The notes below the pieces were generated by a model, which ran no database searches, was not told the DNA's origin, and worked only from the letters and a program-made list of their open reading frames with translations. From the NCBI GenBank assembly GCA_002269645.1, contig NIVC01002583.1, positions 35,031 through 99,030 on the forward strand: 64,000 bases of DNA, read 5' to 3'. The translations under genes and the position numbers were made by a program. Below are positions 41,695 through 58,300 of this stretch, one piece after another. Source of the DNA: Macrostomum lignano (taxonomy: Eukaryota). How positions within the stretch are numbered: the first letter of the stretch is position 1; every line of letters begins with the position of its first letter.

Positions 41695-44600
41695 GAATTG
41701 ACGCTAACAATATTACTACTAAAATACCACGCTCGTACCACTGGGTTGTCTGGTACTGTGGTTATTAAGCATTATAAATGTGTTGCAGATTCTAGTGTAA
41801 GATAAGTGTATTGATTGTTGGTGTTTCAGTTCGCTGTCGCTTTATTTTCTTCTACTTGTTCATAAGAGTTTTATACAGTTTTATGATTCCCTTTCTAGAT
41901 GTGTTTAAAGTTTGAGCTGAAGTTTTTTTCTGTAAATATTTTTGCTAATTTTCTACTTGTTAAATATAAAAAATCACATAAATCAATGCCTACTCACCGA
42001 TAAATCGCTGCGCGTCACACCTCTTCTGTCTTATTTTGTTTTATACTGGATTCTTTCATTCTTATGCATGCAGGTGGCTCTCTAGTCAAAATCTTTATAT
42101 TGCACTCCTGTGGTTTAACTATGGACAGTCTGTGGCACTACCGTGGCAAGTCCACGGCAACACTGTATGTAGCTCGTAGTACATGTACTCTACTTTCCCT
42201 TTGCAAGCATTAGTTACTGTTACTACAACTGTTCATTTTGGCGAACAAAACAGGTGTCTACCATAACAAGATTAACTGTTTTTAAAAGGACAGTGTGACT
42301 TTTTACTAAGGCATGCTGCTACCCTGACCGAAAGTTGGACAACCTTGCGTCATTGCAGTGTAGGGAGTTGAAGTCAATCGCACTGCCTGTCAATGCTTTT
42401 TTTGTGGCTGTTTTCAAAATTGCTGAATAATATATCTACAATCATCGGGTTTTGCAAAAACTAACAAGGTCACTTGCTTAGTTATCAAGGCTTTCAGGGA
42501 ATTCGCTAAATTTTCAAGGCTCACGGGGGAATTGCTGAGTTGTCAAGGCTGAGAGGTCAGAAGCTACATGTAGTTTATTCAATTTTTTGTTGCCTCCCCA
42601 ACCGAGGCGCTGATTGCTAGTTCCCACAGTAGTCAAAGTTGTTAAACGTCGGAGGCTTTGCTGCAAGTCTAAAAATAGCACTGACGCCTGATGCAAATAT
42701 AATCATTATTGTTCCTTCTGTTAGGACTGCAAAAAACATCACATGGTGCTGAATATTAACGCTTACTGTTGAGTAAACAGAAGACTATGCAGCTAGCTGC
42801 GCAAATTGCAGTACCTACCGAGCCAGATATTTTCTATATAGAAGCAAAGATATTATTTTCTCTTAACTCAACTCGATTCTTGTTTATTCACGCCAGCGTG
42901 GTTATCCAACACAGCTGAATATCATGTCTGTGTATACTTAATACCTACTAATCCATTCTCATTCATTAATATTTTTGGATGAAACTATTATGAAAAATCG
43001 TTTTCCTCTATGGTGGGGTATTCTATTCAGTAATGCTGTGGCATACCTAATATATGAGGAACCCTCAATTAAAGTGTTGTCAGACACGCGCGATGGAATC
43101 GAACCCCGTTTACCCGAGAGTCGGACAAGGGCAAGGACTTTCCGCGGCTTTTCCATGGAATAGCCAAAATCCAGAAAAATGCAGCTACGTGAATGCGCAT
43201 GTAATTTGGTGAACTGACGCCATGGATATTTAAGGAATTTGCGTAGGGTCTGTTTTGCTTATTAGATAGAGTTCTGCTTATGGTTTTTTAAGCCCCCGCA
43301 CCTGGTTGCCTCGCGCAGAAATCCCCAGCACTGGTGCTGCTGCAGCTTCTTGCAACATCGTCCGGCTGACGCAGCAGCTCGACGCCATGTGCAGGATCTG
43401 TCGCCAAACAGCTGTGTCCCAGCAGCAGCGGTTGTTTCCCTTCTGTCTGCGAACGTGCACTGTAATATAGTACACAAGCATACATATGTTAAATGTTGCT
43501 ATAGTCCAAAATTCAAAAGAATTTGTATATATATTTGCATGTACCATTGAATATAGAAGCACACAATAGGCATAACGAAGAAGGAGTGTATGACCAAGTA
43601 CACAGTAGTCAAGGCACCGCTTACCTTTGAAGTGCGTGGCTCCATCATGCAGTGCAGCTTCCCCTGGCGAATGTACATGTACGCTCGTAGGCATTCGAAT
43701 CAGGCCAGAAAGGATCAATTTCACGAACCAATCATCGGCTAGAAAAGTAAGCATTTTTTCGAGATTTTCCAAAGTGCAAAATATGCCAATAGATAATGAT
43801 CTATCTACAGGTACATTAATTAATTGTATAATTTTGTACAATTACATCCAATTCAGGACAAAAAAAATATAAAGTAAACAGAATAAAAAGAGGAAGAGAG
43901 AAAAGCTTCTCAAAGGCAAAGGGGGTCTTACATAAATAGTTTCGTTACGGATTTCCCGCGGCAATTCCGCGGCAATTCCGGGGTAATTCGGTGGCATTTC
44001 TGAGGCAACTCCGCATTAATTTTTTTAAAGTAGAAACACACGGCTGAAAAAAACAATCAGACAATAAGCTTGCACTTAACTCAAAGAGTATCTGTGTTAG
44101 AAAAATGCACAGTACGTCTCTTTAGTGTTTTACAAATATGGAATGTATACAATCAAGCCGAAATTTTTACATCTTTAAGGCAACTCCAAGGCCATCCCAT
44201 GGTAATTCCGCGGAAATTCCTGGAAGATAAAGCTATAACAGTCCGAAATTATTTTATTCTAGGAGTCGTCGGCTCAGTACAGAAAATTATTTGACTAGAA
44301 AAAAGCAGAATAGATTATAAATTTTGAGTTCCTTTCAGAAAATTTGAGCAACCAACTGGATTAATTTAAGCTGCATGTTTTCTCGATTGTTCGAACACTT
44401 TAAACTAGCTATGGCAATGGTAGGCTAGCAGTAAAAGATTTCAATTGAAAACTGGATGGAAAACAAAACGTCTGAAAATTCCTGAACACACGCTTCTCAA
44501 AAAGCCAACATAATTGTTACAATAATGTGATGAGAGTTTTGACGATATTTTAAGCGTAAAAATGAATACCTAAAGTTTTAAAATCATATCAAGAGCAACT

Positions 44601-44949
44601 CCGCATGTAACTTAACAGATGCAACCAGCTATGTACCGGCCGGATCACATGTACATTACTGAAGAGAACTCAAACACACTCGAGGGTGTATACTGTCTAA
44701 CCTAAACTGCCCTTGTGTACAAGAAAAGCACAACGCATAGTCCCATTAACTTACGAAACTCGAAGGAGAGGAAAGGTGACAGCTGTAACTCATAAGATGA
44801 CTCAGGTCACTTGCTTAGGGACCACAGGGGATCACAGCAGGACTGGAGGACATCATCTATAACTGTTTTTAGTCTTATCTTACCCTTCAGTGTCAACCAA
44901 ACAACCAATCGCATATTTATTCAGTAGGTAATTTTTTTACGAACTGCGT

Positions 44950-46590
44950 TTAAAAGAGCCCACTCTCGCCTAAACGTAAAACGCGCATTCGGCCAAATGA
45001 AAATCCGTTGTAGCGAGGTGTGCTGTGCACTCGATTACGGATGTCATTCCGCTCAACCGAAAGAACGCCAGTTCCCTGGACGTTGTCCACCTGCTGTCCG
45101 CAGCCGATGGCGGGACACACTCGGACGGACCGGCTGCACTGCAAGCAGAGGCTCAGGTGACCGCAGGGGAGACACACGATCTCCACATCCCGAATGTTGC
45201 AGTTCCGGCAACGGTTACCGTCAGAGCCGCCCTGCTGCTGCAGCTGCTGCTGCTGGGTCAGCGGCTGTCGCTGAGAGCCGGGCGGAGGTCCGGGAACGGA
45301 GGCCATGGAGTCGCGGAACTGTCTGAGCACGGCTGCGAGGTCGAACTTGGCGATGAAGTGCTCAGGCTCGCCCGCCATCTCGCGGTCCCACTCCTTGTGC
45401 ATCTCTTGCAGCAGCTCTTGTCTGGTGAACTTCTGCCTGAACCGGATGAACTTCCTGGCGATGCAGAGCAGCACTTTGGTGTCGCAGAATCCCAGCTTGC
45501 ACACAATGTCCACCGGCTCGCTGAGCAGCTCGTCCGACAGAATCCGCAGCAGCTGGTTGTGGTCCTGTCGGGTGTAGGACGTCGGGTAGTTAGGAGGTCG
45601 GGGACTCGACCTGCGCAGCCATTCCAGACCGCGCGAGCTCTTGAGGAAGAAGCACAGGGGGCTGAACTTGGCGTGCTCCATCTCGGGGACGTCGCCAGCG
45701 TCCCAGTCTTTGAGGCCGAGGTCGCAGAAGAAGCATTTCACGTGATCGTCCTCCTGCGGTTAAATACATGCTGTAACGATGAATGCATGCTGTAAATCAA
45801 CTTCTTCGTCAAAACCCCGTGATCTGAAGAGACATTCGGCCTTCGTTCAATAACTAGTACTAATAAAGGTGATAGCTTAAACCAGATAGTGAAAAACTAA
45901 TTATTATAACACTAAGAAGACACTGCTGAATTGATTTCATGCAATAGCCATGTCTCTTAGCTTTGCGGGTGGCTGTCTCACTGATCTTTAGGTCTTTGTG
46001 CTGTCCTGCCAATCGATGATTGTCTGCAGAATGCAGCTTCCGTGTTGGCCTTACAAAACACTTCCTATGGTTACTACATATCAGTTGCACTTTGACAAGA
46101 CAGCAGAATAAATGATACACCGTTAGATCCTGCTCAGTAGTGAAGCCTAGTGGGTCTGAGTCTGATTGTGAATACGCTCGTACTTTGTAAACTGCAGAGT
46201 CGACTGCTTAAGCCCTCCATATAATAGATCATAGACCTCAGACCAGGCGCTGAGGATAATCTATTTAGCTCCTAAACGTTTGCTTCTTAACTATCACCTT
46301 TAGCTCACCTGAAGGTAAAAGAAGCCACTCTCGACCATGTCCTCAACCGTCTGCGTCCTGCCCATGTGTACCCAGGCGCCCTGCTCGAATGACAGTCGGC
46401 GCGACTCGCGGCTGACTTTCAACGGGTTGGAGGCGCTGGACATGAGGTACACGGCCGCCGTCAGCGCCTCGTAGATGTCCATCACCGAGTCGGAGCGGGC
46501 GAGCGGGGACAGGCGTCTGGACAGGGTGGTGGACACGGCATCGAGAGCTAAACAGAGCGATTCTTGTTGATCAGCCTGGATGATGAACAT
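44950..46590 (-). CDS. IAP copy B (BIR + UBA-like + RING) with replaced C-terminus; exons 46309-46590, 44950-45753
   Basis: Near-identical inverted copy of A. It diverges after ...GQQVDN (~45081) into a novel 43-aa tail and also has a different N-terminus (MFIIQADQQES). Confidence 0.88.
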
Positions 46591-49539
46591 TGTAGTTGAG
46601 TTCGTACTGTAAGAGAATAAATGCAGAAAATGTGGAGAATATATCAGTCTAAGAAGCGGCGTTTGCATCATTTATTTTCTAACTTAGAATAGGTTTGCAA
46701 AAATGATACTAGTTTCATCTGGCATCTTTGCAAAATTTCAATATTTTTAGGGTTAAAACGCAAATAAGTAAACAAAAAATACAAATCCACAACTATACTA
46801 AAACAACACTTAAAAATATGGGACATTGGGTAGTGCTATTTAATTGATTATACAAAAATGAATAAAACGCCTGTCACTTGCAAGTAAAGTTAAGTAAGAA
46901 TCAGCAAACCAAAATCTAAGAAAGCGAGTATGAGCTAGACGAATGCAAAGAAAGTTTTCCAAAATTATTTCATAAATAGAAGCCCATGGGCTGCGCTTAG
47001 GATACTTTAAATAATTAGGGCTGTTTCTTAACATGCTTCAGGCATTTTATATGCCAAGTGTACTCAACAAAATCAGCGATTTTCCACAAAAGTGTGGAGT
47101 CTGAGACAGCGCCATCAGTTTCAGCTGGGCATTTCTTAGCCGGCTGTCCAAAACCTGAAAGCAAGGGAGGAAAACAATCTGGATATAAATTCTGCATACG
47201 AGTATCGAGAATCTCGTATGTTTTTTTACATTCCTGAAAATACTATACTGGCCACTGAGACTAGTAGGGTTGCAGGAATGCTCATCTACTCACTAACAAA
47301 TATGCGGTACAAGACTTATGCTCTAGCTTCATGCAGGTAGGTAGTACCTCGAAGCCAAGGAAATTCCGTGGAAATACCGATTTTCGAGAGTACTACAATA
47401 AACTCATTGCTTTCCATAACCCTTTCAATTACAATTTACGGAAAGGAGCAGAGTACGTAGCTAGGATTGGACAACGAAAGGACTGAGTAGGATAATGTTG
47501 GGGTTCAGCCTTGAAAGTCTTTGACTGTCGGGCGTTCGAGCAAAGAAACTATCGCTTAAGTTCTCACTTTCCTTTCACTGGCTTCGTGCACTCGTGGCCA
47601 AGACATTTTATACGCCCTCAAAACTGGATGTCAATCCTACACGGACAGAGAGAAGCTTTCTAGGGATCATTAAATGCACTTGATCTCTACTGAGTTTTAT
47701 GGTTGATAAGCAAAGTTTTTGGCCTGAAATGTCTTAACGAACTTATCGTAGCGCTGATGTAGAATAATTAGACTCAGAGGTCAAAGCTATGAATTAAAAG
47801 TACATTTGTTCGTCGCCGGCTGCCTGGCGTGGTTTATAAGTGCAAAATTTGACTAGAAATAGCAGAATTGAGATACTTGAATGAATTATTTCGCTTTCTA
47901 GTCCCACTAAAACTTTACATTTTTATATTATCCCGAGGCCCTAGAACGAGTGCACTCTACAATAATAGTACATGTATGAGAGAGTAAACAGGACGGTATC
48001 TTATACGCGGTACTTTAGCCTATAATCACGAAACAGAAAACCCGCAGCAATTCCATGACTATGCGTTGCGACCTAATTTTAAACCATGAATATAGCCCAT
48101 TTTTGCACATAAAAGTGCCAGAAATTTACGTTTTAACTTGGTCTGATAAGTAGAGTCGAAAATGCGCTCAAACAACAACAGAAACTGTGTTGCGATGACA
48201 CGAACTTTGGATTTTGTAATTTATTTATTTCTGCAAATATTCTGCGGATGGTCAACTTGTTCTGAATTTTTTTATTATTAACATGGCTGCTTAGCGACAC
48301 TGAAAATTAGAACACGTGTCATATGTTCCCCTCTAATAATCAGAACATTAGCAGAACAAGGTAGTACTTTGTAAATAATAAAGGAGGCAATTCCACGGAA
48401 ATTCCACGGCCATTCCATTCAACATTTCAAACACACTCCTCATACTCTTCAATATAAAAACTGAGGGAGCACGAGAATTGCCCTCAGACGAATTGCCCGC
48501 CGAGATTGGCCCGCAGATCTGGGGCAGATTTTGTCTGAATTGCCACCTAATGCTTAGTAATTCTTAGTAAAGAGATCCGGGCTCGTCTTACGAGGCTCGT
48601 AAAGAGATGCAATTTACTATCGAAATGTTTTGATTGGGTAAATCTCTTTATGAAGACTTCTAAGCAGTGAGGTCATGTAGAGACTGTCTCGCGCTGCAGG
48701 AATGCGCTGCAGGAAAAAGCATTGCGGGCAAAACTCGGCGGGCACCTCTCACCCGAGCTCATCACAGACCTCGTAAAGAAGGCAATTCCACGGAAATTCC
48801 ATGGCTATTCAACACATCAACACTGTATAAAAACTGTGACCTAAAATTGCTAATACAAAACAACAGAAATGCAGAATGCCCGAATTATACACACACCTCT
48901 CACCCGAGCTCATCACAGGCCTTGTAAAGAAGGCAATTCCACGGAAATTCCACGGAAATTCCATGGCTATCTAACAACTCCAACATACTTTAATATAAAA
49001 ATTGTGATTATACATTTGCTTATGCAAAACAGCAGAAATACAGAACGCCCGAACCCTACGCACTTCTCATCCGAGGTAATCTCCGACCTTTGTAAGAAGG
49101 CGTACCCGAGAAATTCCAAAGCAATCTAACACTCCGACACTGAATAATAACTGATTTAAAACTACCAATGCAAAACATCAGAAATGCAGAATGCCAGAAC
49201 CATACACGCACTTCTCACCCGAACTCATCTAACCTGACTAACACCACCTCCACCTCAGCCTAACAGCAATTTTATTTATGCAAAACATCAGAAATGAGAA
49301 TGCTTGAACCATCAACGCACTTGTTACCTCAGCTAATCTTAGACTTGTAAAGAAGGCAATTCCACGGAAATTCCATAGCTATTCACACACTGTGAATAAT
49401 AACTGTGACTTAAAACTACTATGCTACACACCAGAAATGCAGAATGCTTAAACCGTACACGCACCCTGAGCCCTCGTCTCAGACACTACTAACTTCACCT
49501 CCACCTCAGCCTCACACAGCGATCTCACATGCAGCTCAC

Positions 49540-51753
<2,214 letters not shown>

Positions 51754-54469
51754 TTGACAGCTACATTGGGAGTTCAAGACAAATTACTTTAATTAGGCGG
51801 AAGAAAAAAAGGGAAAAAACATTGCGGGCGAAGTTGATTCTATTTATGTGGTTAGTATGGAGGCAAATCCGCGGCAATTCCTCGGGTATTCCTGGAGGAC
51901 AATACAAATACAACAGTGCTGTGTCAGACCATAATTGGCAGCGAAAAAAACTTTTATCAATTGTTTTGCAACTGTGGTTTGCTACAAATGATGAAAGTTA
52001 CATTTAAAAGCTTACTGAGTTCATAAGAAGCACAATTTCCGCTTATTCAATCCTTTTATACATGAACGAATGCTCTTATTCTCAACAGATTATAGCTAGT
52101 TAGAGTAAGTTAAGTTATTCCATTTGGGAATTAGACTATCCACCTATTAACCTCTGAGATTCTGCAGAGTTCAATGTGCATTTAGACGGACTCCAGACGG
52201 ATTTATGTAAGCTCATGATTTTTTAAATATAATTTCTGTGGAAATTCCATGGCAATTCCATGGATTAGCCAAAATATACTATAGTAAATGTTCCAATTCT
52301 ATCACATTCAGGATTGCAACCGTTTTTTTCTATAGGCCCCTGTCGAATAATTGCACTGTATAAACGTGACTAATGCTGCACGTGAAAGACTCAGTGTAAA
52401 GCACCTGAGCTTAGACTCAGTGTAAAGCACCTGAGCTTACATGTGATACGTATTTAATTAACCAGTTAATTCCTTACCCTCTAGGATCATTAAGAGTTGA
52501 AAATTGCTGAAACTATGCAGAATAAGTGTCTTAAAAAATTATCATTACTCTTAATCTGACTTTCATTTAGAAAAAAAATTGCGAGTACTTGGTTAGAGTG
52601 CAGGTGAAAGAATAGTGACTTTTTTTGCCTAAAACGAAACTCCAGAATAAAAGTTGTTTTGTATCTCCTGCCTGACCAAGTCGGTCCACGTGGTTGTACC
52701 TTGTATAGGTAAATCCACGGAAAAGCCGTGCAATTGGTGGGTTAGGATTGTACAGCGGCGGCCTTATGGCTGTCGCGTCTGCGAGTCTTCACCATAGCTA
52801 CTACCTAGCACCAACGGTAGTTTTCAAGCTACGCATTTTTGTTTGCAGGTTGACTTGTAGCGATAAACAGAAGTCCACACTTTTATAACTTGTATTCGTT
52901 TGAGCTGTCAATTACAGCGATTTCAACGTACGCGAGATGTTGGCAAAGCTATTGTACTAATGGAATTCACTGCGATTCTTTCGAATTTCTTCTACTTGCT
53001 CCGCTATGACTGCGCTCACTACTTTTAAGTAGGAGAATAAGAAGATTAAGTTCAAAACATCTTCTAGACTTCCGACAACTTCGATCTGACCATTGGGGGC
53101 GGTAATCTGATCCTAATTTGGAAGGCAATTTTATGACGAGACAATCGGTTGTCTAAAGACTATTATTTCATTAACTGGCCTCTTTTAACTAGTCTTTTAA
53201 CTACTCCTAATTACGGAAAATCAAGAAGATTGAAGTGGCTCTCTGTATAAATTTTGTTTATCTCAAATTTGGCTGCCTTGTTGAAGCAAATTTTCGTCAT
53301 TACTTGCATTCATCTCTCTTTTACCGCGTCACAGTCCCAGACAGGCTGGCAGTGAAATGAGCTGCTTGGTTGTATTAACAGCGCCTGTGGGCAAAAGGTG
53401 CGAATTGCGATGGTTTATAAAACGACCTACCGCTCCCTTCAAACCCCTGAGCTCTCGGCTCGGACGGGTTGGAGAGCAGCGCGATGTTGAACTCAACTCC
53501 GGTGTCGCCGCTTCCGCAGTACGCATTCTATGAGAGGCTGGTTTCCCTGCTGCAGCTGAAATGCTTGAGCAAGGGCCGAACAGCTCGGTAGCCTGCGCAG
53601 TCTCCAGCATTATCGGTGTCTTCTGCGGCTGTCTGGTCCCTCTCGAGCAGGCAATTGCAGGGTTGGGATAAAATTGCATGGAAATAGGGAGCAGCTTCGG
53701 GAGCACCAGAATGCATGATGCGGACAAAACTACATGCAAAAATAATTCAGAATTTCTCGGTTGATATTTGATATGCCAAAAAACTACTAGTAGTATTATG
53801 CATCGTGTTTAAAATTTTCTGATTCGGCTAAACACACAGCAGGTGAGAATTGCATACAAATTGCTCACAGTACTGCTTACACATTCCCTATGATTTGGAA
53901 ACAGCTCAAGAAATAAAAACCCGAGAGCCTTGCCCCGACCGTACACGTTATTTTTACACGTTTTTTGTAGTCAACAAAATTACTAAAAATTTAGAGGACT
54001 GTGTCTGTTGGAGTGCTCGTTTGCTCGATAACTTCTGAACAGCTGGCTGGTTCAAACTTGACCTGGTGGGCTCTGTGCGGTGTAACAAACTCGGGCATGT
54101 TATTATAAGCTATTAAATTTCATCTGGGATCTTTAAATACCGGTATGTTTTAACTGAGTCAGACATCTGAGACTTCAAAATTTATTCAATGGACACTAGA
54201 CAAAGGGGAGGCAGGGTGCTCAAAATTTGATCATTAAAATTCAAACTTGCTTACGAAGAACTTGCTAAATAACAGAGCTTATATTAGGGTCTACCTCACT
54301 GATCTTACATGTAAACTAATCACTAATGTCCATTTCACTTTTTAAATACATTGCATTGTTGCTAACTTGCTACACCTTTAAAGTACAAATTTGAAGGTTG
54401 ACATCCATGTCATCAAGGGATACTGAAACTTGAGTGTATCCTGGAAAAAGATACCACTTAATCTGGACA

Positions 54470-54755
54470 CTATTACTACAGCCTGCCCATCTAGTCGGAC
54501 ACTATTACATGCACTTTGCTCCAATATAGCTGGCCCATCTATTCGGACACTATTACATGCACTTTGCTCCAATATAGCTGGCCCATCTATTCAGACACTA
54601 TTACATGCACTTTGCTCCAATATAGCTGGCCCATCTATTCGGACACTATTACATGCACTTTGCTCCAATATAGCTGGCCCATCTATTCAGACACTATTAC
54701 ATGCACTTTGCTCCAATATAGCTGGCCCATCTATTCGGACACTATTACATGCACT
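54470..54755. repeat. 48-bp tandem repeat, ~6 copies
   Basis: Unit GCTGGCCCATCTATTCGGACACTATTACATGCACTTTGCTCCAATATA. Confidence 0.95.
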
Positions 54756-55378
54756 TAATATTTGTTAAATGATAAGAACTATGAACAGGTCGTATTTGAA
54801 CTATTCATTCTGGGCTTTCTATTTCGCATGTATTGTAAGAGATTTTATTCTTATTTGACACAAGAGTTTTTTCATTCTTTTAATGTGTTTGTATCGAAGC
54901 TGTACAGTACAAATAATAAAAAATAAAAGTTTCAAATATTTACATAGCGAAAAGCAATAGAGATAGGCAGAAAGATAAATGAAAAACAAAAAATTGGAAA
55001 GAGCAAAAGCAAGCAAACAGAAAAGCAAAAATGCAAAAACTAAGTAAGAAAGAGAGCAAAAGGATAGACCGTTTGTAGGAAGAAAATTTTACAATGCTTT
55101 GCAAACACTGAAGCAAAATTTAGTGATCAGGGGCAGGTAAAATTTAGTTATTTACAGTGAGCTAAAAATTAAACGGACAATTGAAAAGTTTATAGAAAAT
55201 TCGAAAAGGTTCATTAGTTAAGTAGTAATCTAAATAGTTAGATTATTTAAAATACAAATTTTTAAAAGCTATTATACGTACTTTATGTGACTATGGTATG
55301 TAAAACTATTATACGCACACGTATATTATTATATCATTATAACCCGAAGAGTCTTAAAAACTGAAAAACTTACTCTTT

Positions 55379-58300
55379 TTATAGCGGCCGAAACGATTTT
55401 ATCAACGATACGGGCCCGGCACGCCGATACGCATCCGTGTGAACCTGGTAGTGTGCCATGGCAACCTCGGTGCTGTGGTTCAGGCGGTTACCAAGGACTT
55501 TCAGGTCGTGTCCTTCCAGTAGACCCTATAATTTTTTATTGTTTCATTAAAGAAACTTATAAACTGTCGCCTTTTTTCTTCAAGATAAATAAGTGACCTG
55601 ATGACGCTAAATGTGACTGAATTGCTGAATGAGTGAACAGGGGGATCGGCAGAGTGAACGCATTGCTGAATGAGTGAACAGGTGATCGGGAGAGTGAACA
55701 GGTGATCGGGAGAGTGAACGCATTGCTGAATGAGTGAACAGGTGATCGGGAGAGTGAGTGCATTGCTGAATGAGTGAACAGGTGATCGGGAGAGTGAGTG
55801 CATTGCTGAATGAGTGAACAGGTGATCGGGAGAGTGAGTGCATTGCTGAATGAGTGAACAGGTGATCGGGAGAGTGAACGCATTGCTGAATGAGTGAACA
55901 GGTGATCGGTAGAGTGAACGCTTTGCTGAATGAGTGAACAGGTGATCGGGAGAGTGAACGCATTGCTGAATGAGTGAACAGGTGATCGGGAGAGTGAACG
56001 CTTTGCTGAATGAGTGAACAGGTGATCGGGAGAGTGAACGCATTGCTGAATGAGTGAACAGGTGATCGGTAGAGTGAACAGGTGATCGGGAGAGTGAGTG
56101 CATTGCTGAATGAGTGAACAGGTGATCGGGAGAGTGAGTGCATTGCTGAATGAGTGAACAGGTGATCGGGAGAGTGAGTGCATTGCTGAATGAGTGAATA
56201 GGTGATCGGGAGAGTGAACAGGTGATCGGGAGAGTGAGTGCATTGCTGAATGAGTGAATAGGTGATCGGGAGAGTGAACAGGTGATCGGGAGAGTGAGTG
56301 CATTGCTAAATGAGTGAATAGATGACTGGGAAAGTGAATGCATTGTTGAATGAGTGAACCCTTATTGCCTAAGAATGTGACTAAGTCAGAGAATAGGCAA
56401 AATTATATTGTCGTTTAGACGAAAGTGTAGAAACTTACCCTAGTCTCGACAAATTTGCGGAAGTCTGTGTGTGTGACGCCACTGAGAATCGGGTTGAACT
56501 TTTCTCTGTAAGCCGCAAATAGTCTGCCGAAATCGCCATAGGGAATTCGAAGCAGAGGCTCCGTAGGGCCTTCTTTGACACGTTCTTCAACGACCCGCTG
56601 GAGCAGCTGGCGACACTCGCTCACGTTTATCTTGGCGGAGCCGTATTCGGAGTCCGTCTTGTGGCTTTCCACCTGAAGAAAGGGACGTTTTGCTGTCGTT
56701 ACAATTTCGAAATAATGTAACTTAATTAGGTTTGTTACTGATATAGAACAGTTTGTCGTCATTAACAATGAATGGTTTTTTATTAGTTAGGTTGATGACT
56801 GAGTACACGGTTAGAGGTAAAGACAGTAGGCCTGAATAAAGTCAGTGGGAAGATGGCGGCAGGATGCTAATTGGTTTTCTGGTCATTCCTAACGGAAGTT
56901 TAGCACTTGATAAAAATTCTGGTCATTATTTCCACTCACCTTTAGTTCCTTGTCGGGATCCTCGAGCCATCTGATGCCGTCCGCGACCGTACAATTAACA
57001 ACGTCTTTAAGTTTGCTCTTAAAAGTCTAAAAATGTTTAATAAATACTTTAGTGAAACCCTACGAGGACATCGCTAGCTCCAGTGTAGTGTACTTCTTTA
57101 AAAATAATTTTTTGCACTTTAATGCGAGTGATTGTAACATGTTAAATTTGCTTACCCTGCGGCGAGCCTCGTAAACTTTCTTTCTTCGAAGGTAGTATTT
57201 CATCCACAGGGTGCAGCACGCGCCGAAACTTTCTAAATCAAGTTGGAGCCCAGAAGCAGCAACGTCTTGCAACCTATAGGCTCGCAGAAACGTAGCCACC
57301 TTCTGCAGGACGCTGACTGTTTCCTTCAGCGGACCGAAGCTCTGAGCCGGCAAATATTCGTTGATCTAACAACAATTAGGTAATAAAAATAACTATTTGA
57401 ATCACAAAACAAAAATGCACTGCTGAAAAACCACATAACCGTGATAGCTGGCTAGTTATGACAAAATATATGAACAGGTGACTGGGACAGTGAATGAATT
57501 GGTGAATGAGTGAACAGGTGACTGGGACAGTGAATGAATTGGTGAATGAGTGAACAGGTGACTACGGGGTACTGCGGGCCGGCCACCGGCGGAGGGGGAA
57601 CCTAGGGAGGGCGAGGCTGCTGTTGGGCCGAAAGGAACCACAGCAACCCCTGCCCCCCAGGATACAACCCCCGCTGGTGAGCCACCCAGTATACCTGCTA
57701 CAAGCGCGGCCGGGCCTTCGGGAACCGCCGCCACCAACTACGCCTCAAAGGTCAAGCTCCAACCGGCGGTCATCGTCTTCGGGGAAGAGCAGGACCTCAC
57801 GGCCGACGAGCTCGACAGTGCCTGGTGCACCATCGATGCTGCGCTCATCGACCAGCTCCTGGCGGGCCGCCCTGTGAGCGTGGTCAAGTCTGCCAAGACC
57901 GACGGCTGCATCTTCATCTGGTGCAGCTCGGAGGAGAGCAGCCGCAATCTACGCGAGCTTCTGCCAAAGCTGAACTGGCCCAAGAAGCTCGGCAAGCTCG
58001 TCTTCGCTAGCGAGGGCGAACGACAAAAGACCCAGCGCTTTCGCGTCTGGATCCCGGCCGGCAGTGCCATTAAGTCCGGAGATCAGCTTAGGCAAAAATT
58101 GCTAAAGCTGCACCCCACCTTGAGGTCAACGGGCTCCTACACCACGCCACTTCCCGCAAGGAGAAGGGGGCTACGGTGATCCTAGGGCTCTCTGATGACT
58201 GGGCTAAGCGCTTTCCGCCTAAGCCCACAATTCATATTGGTCTGACTCAGCTGACCATCCTCCGCTGCGAGGAGCGGAAAGCTGATGAAGCCAAGAATGC

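Noticed and set aside
45025-45795. Antisense ORFs over GC-rich exons (also 40900-41595, 9087-9797, 16496-17069)
   Set aside because: They are shadows of real coding exons, caused by GC-rich codon usage.
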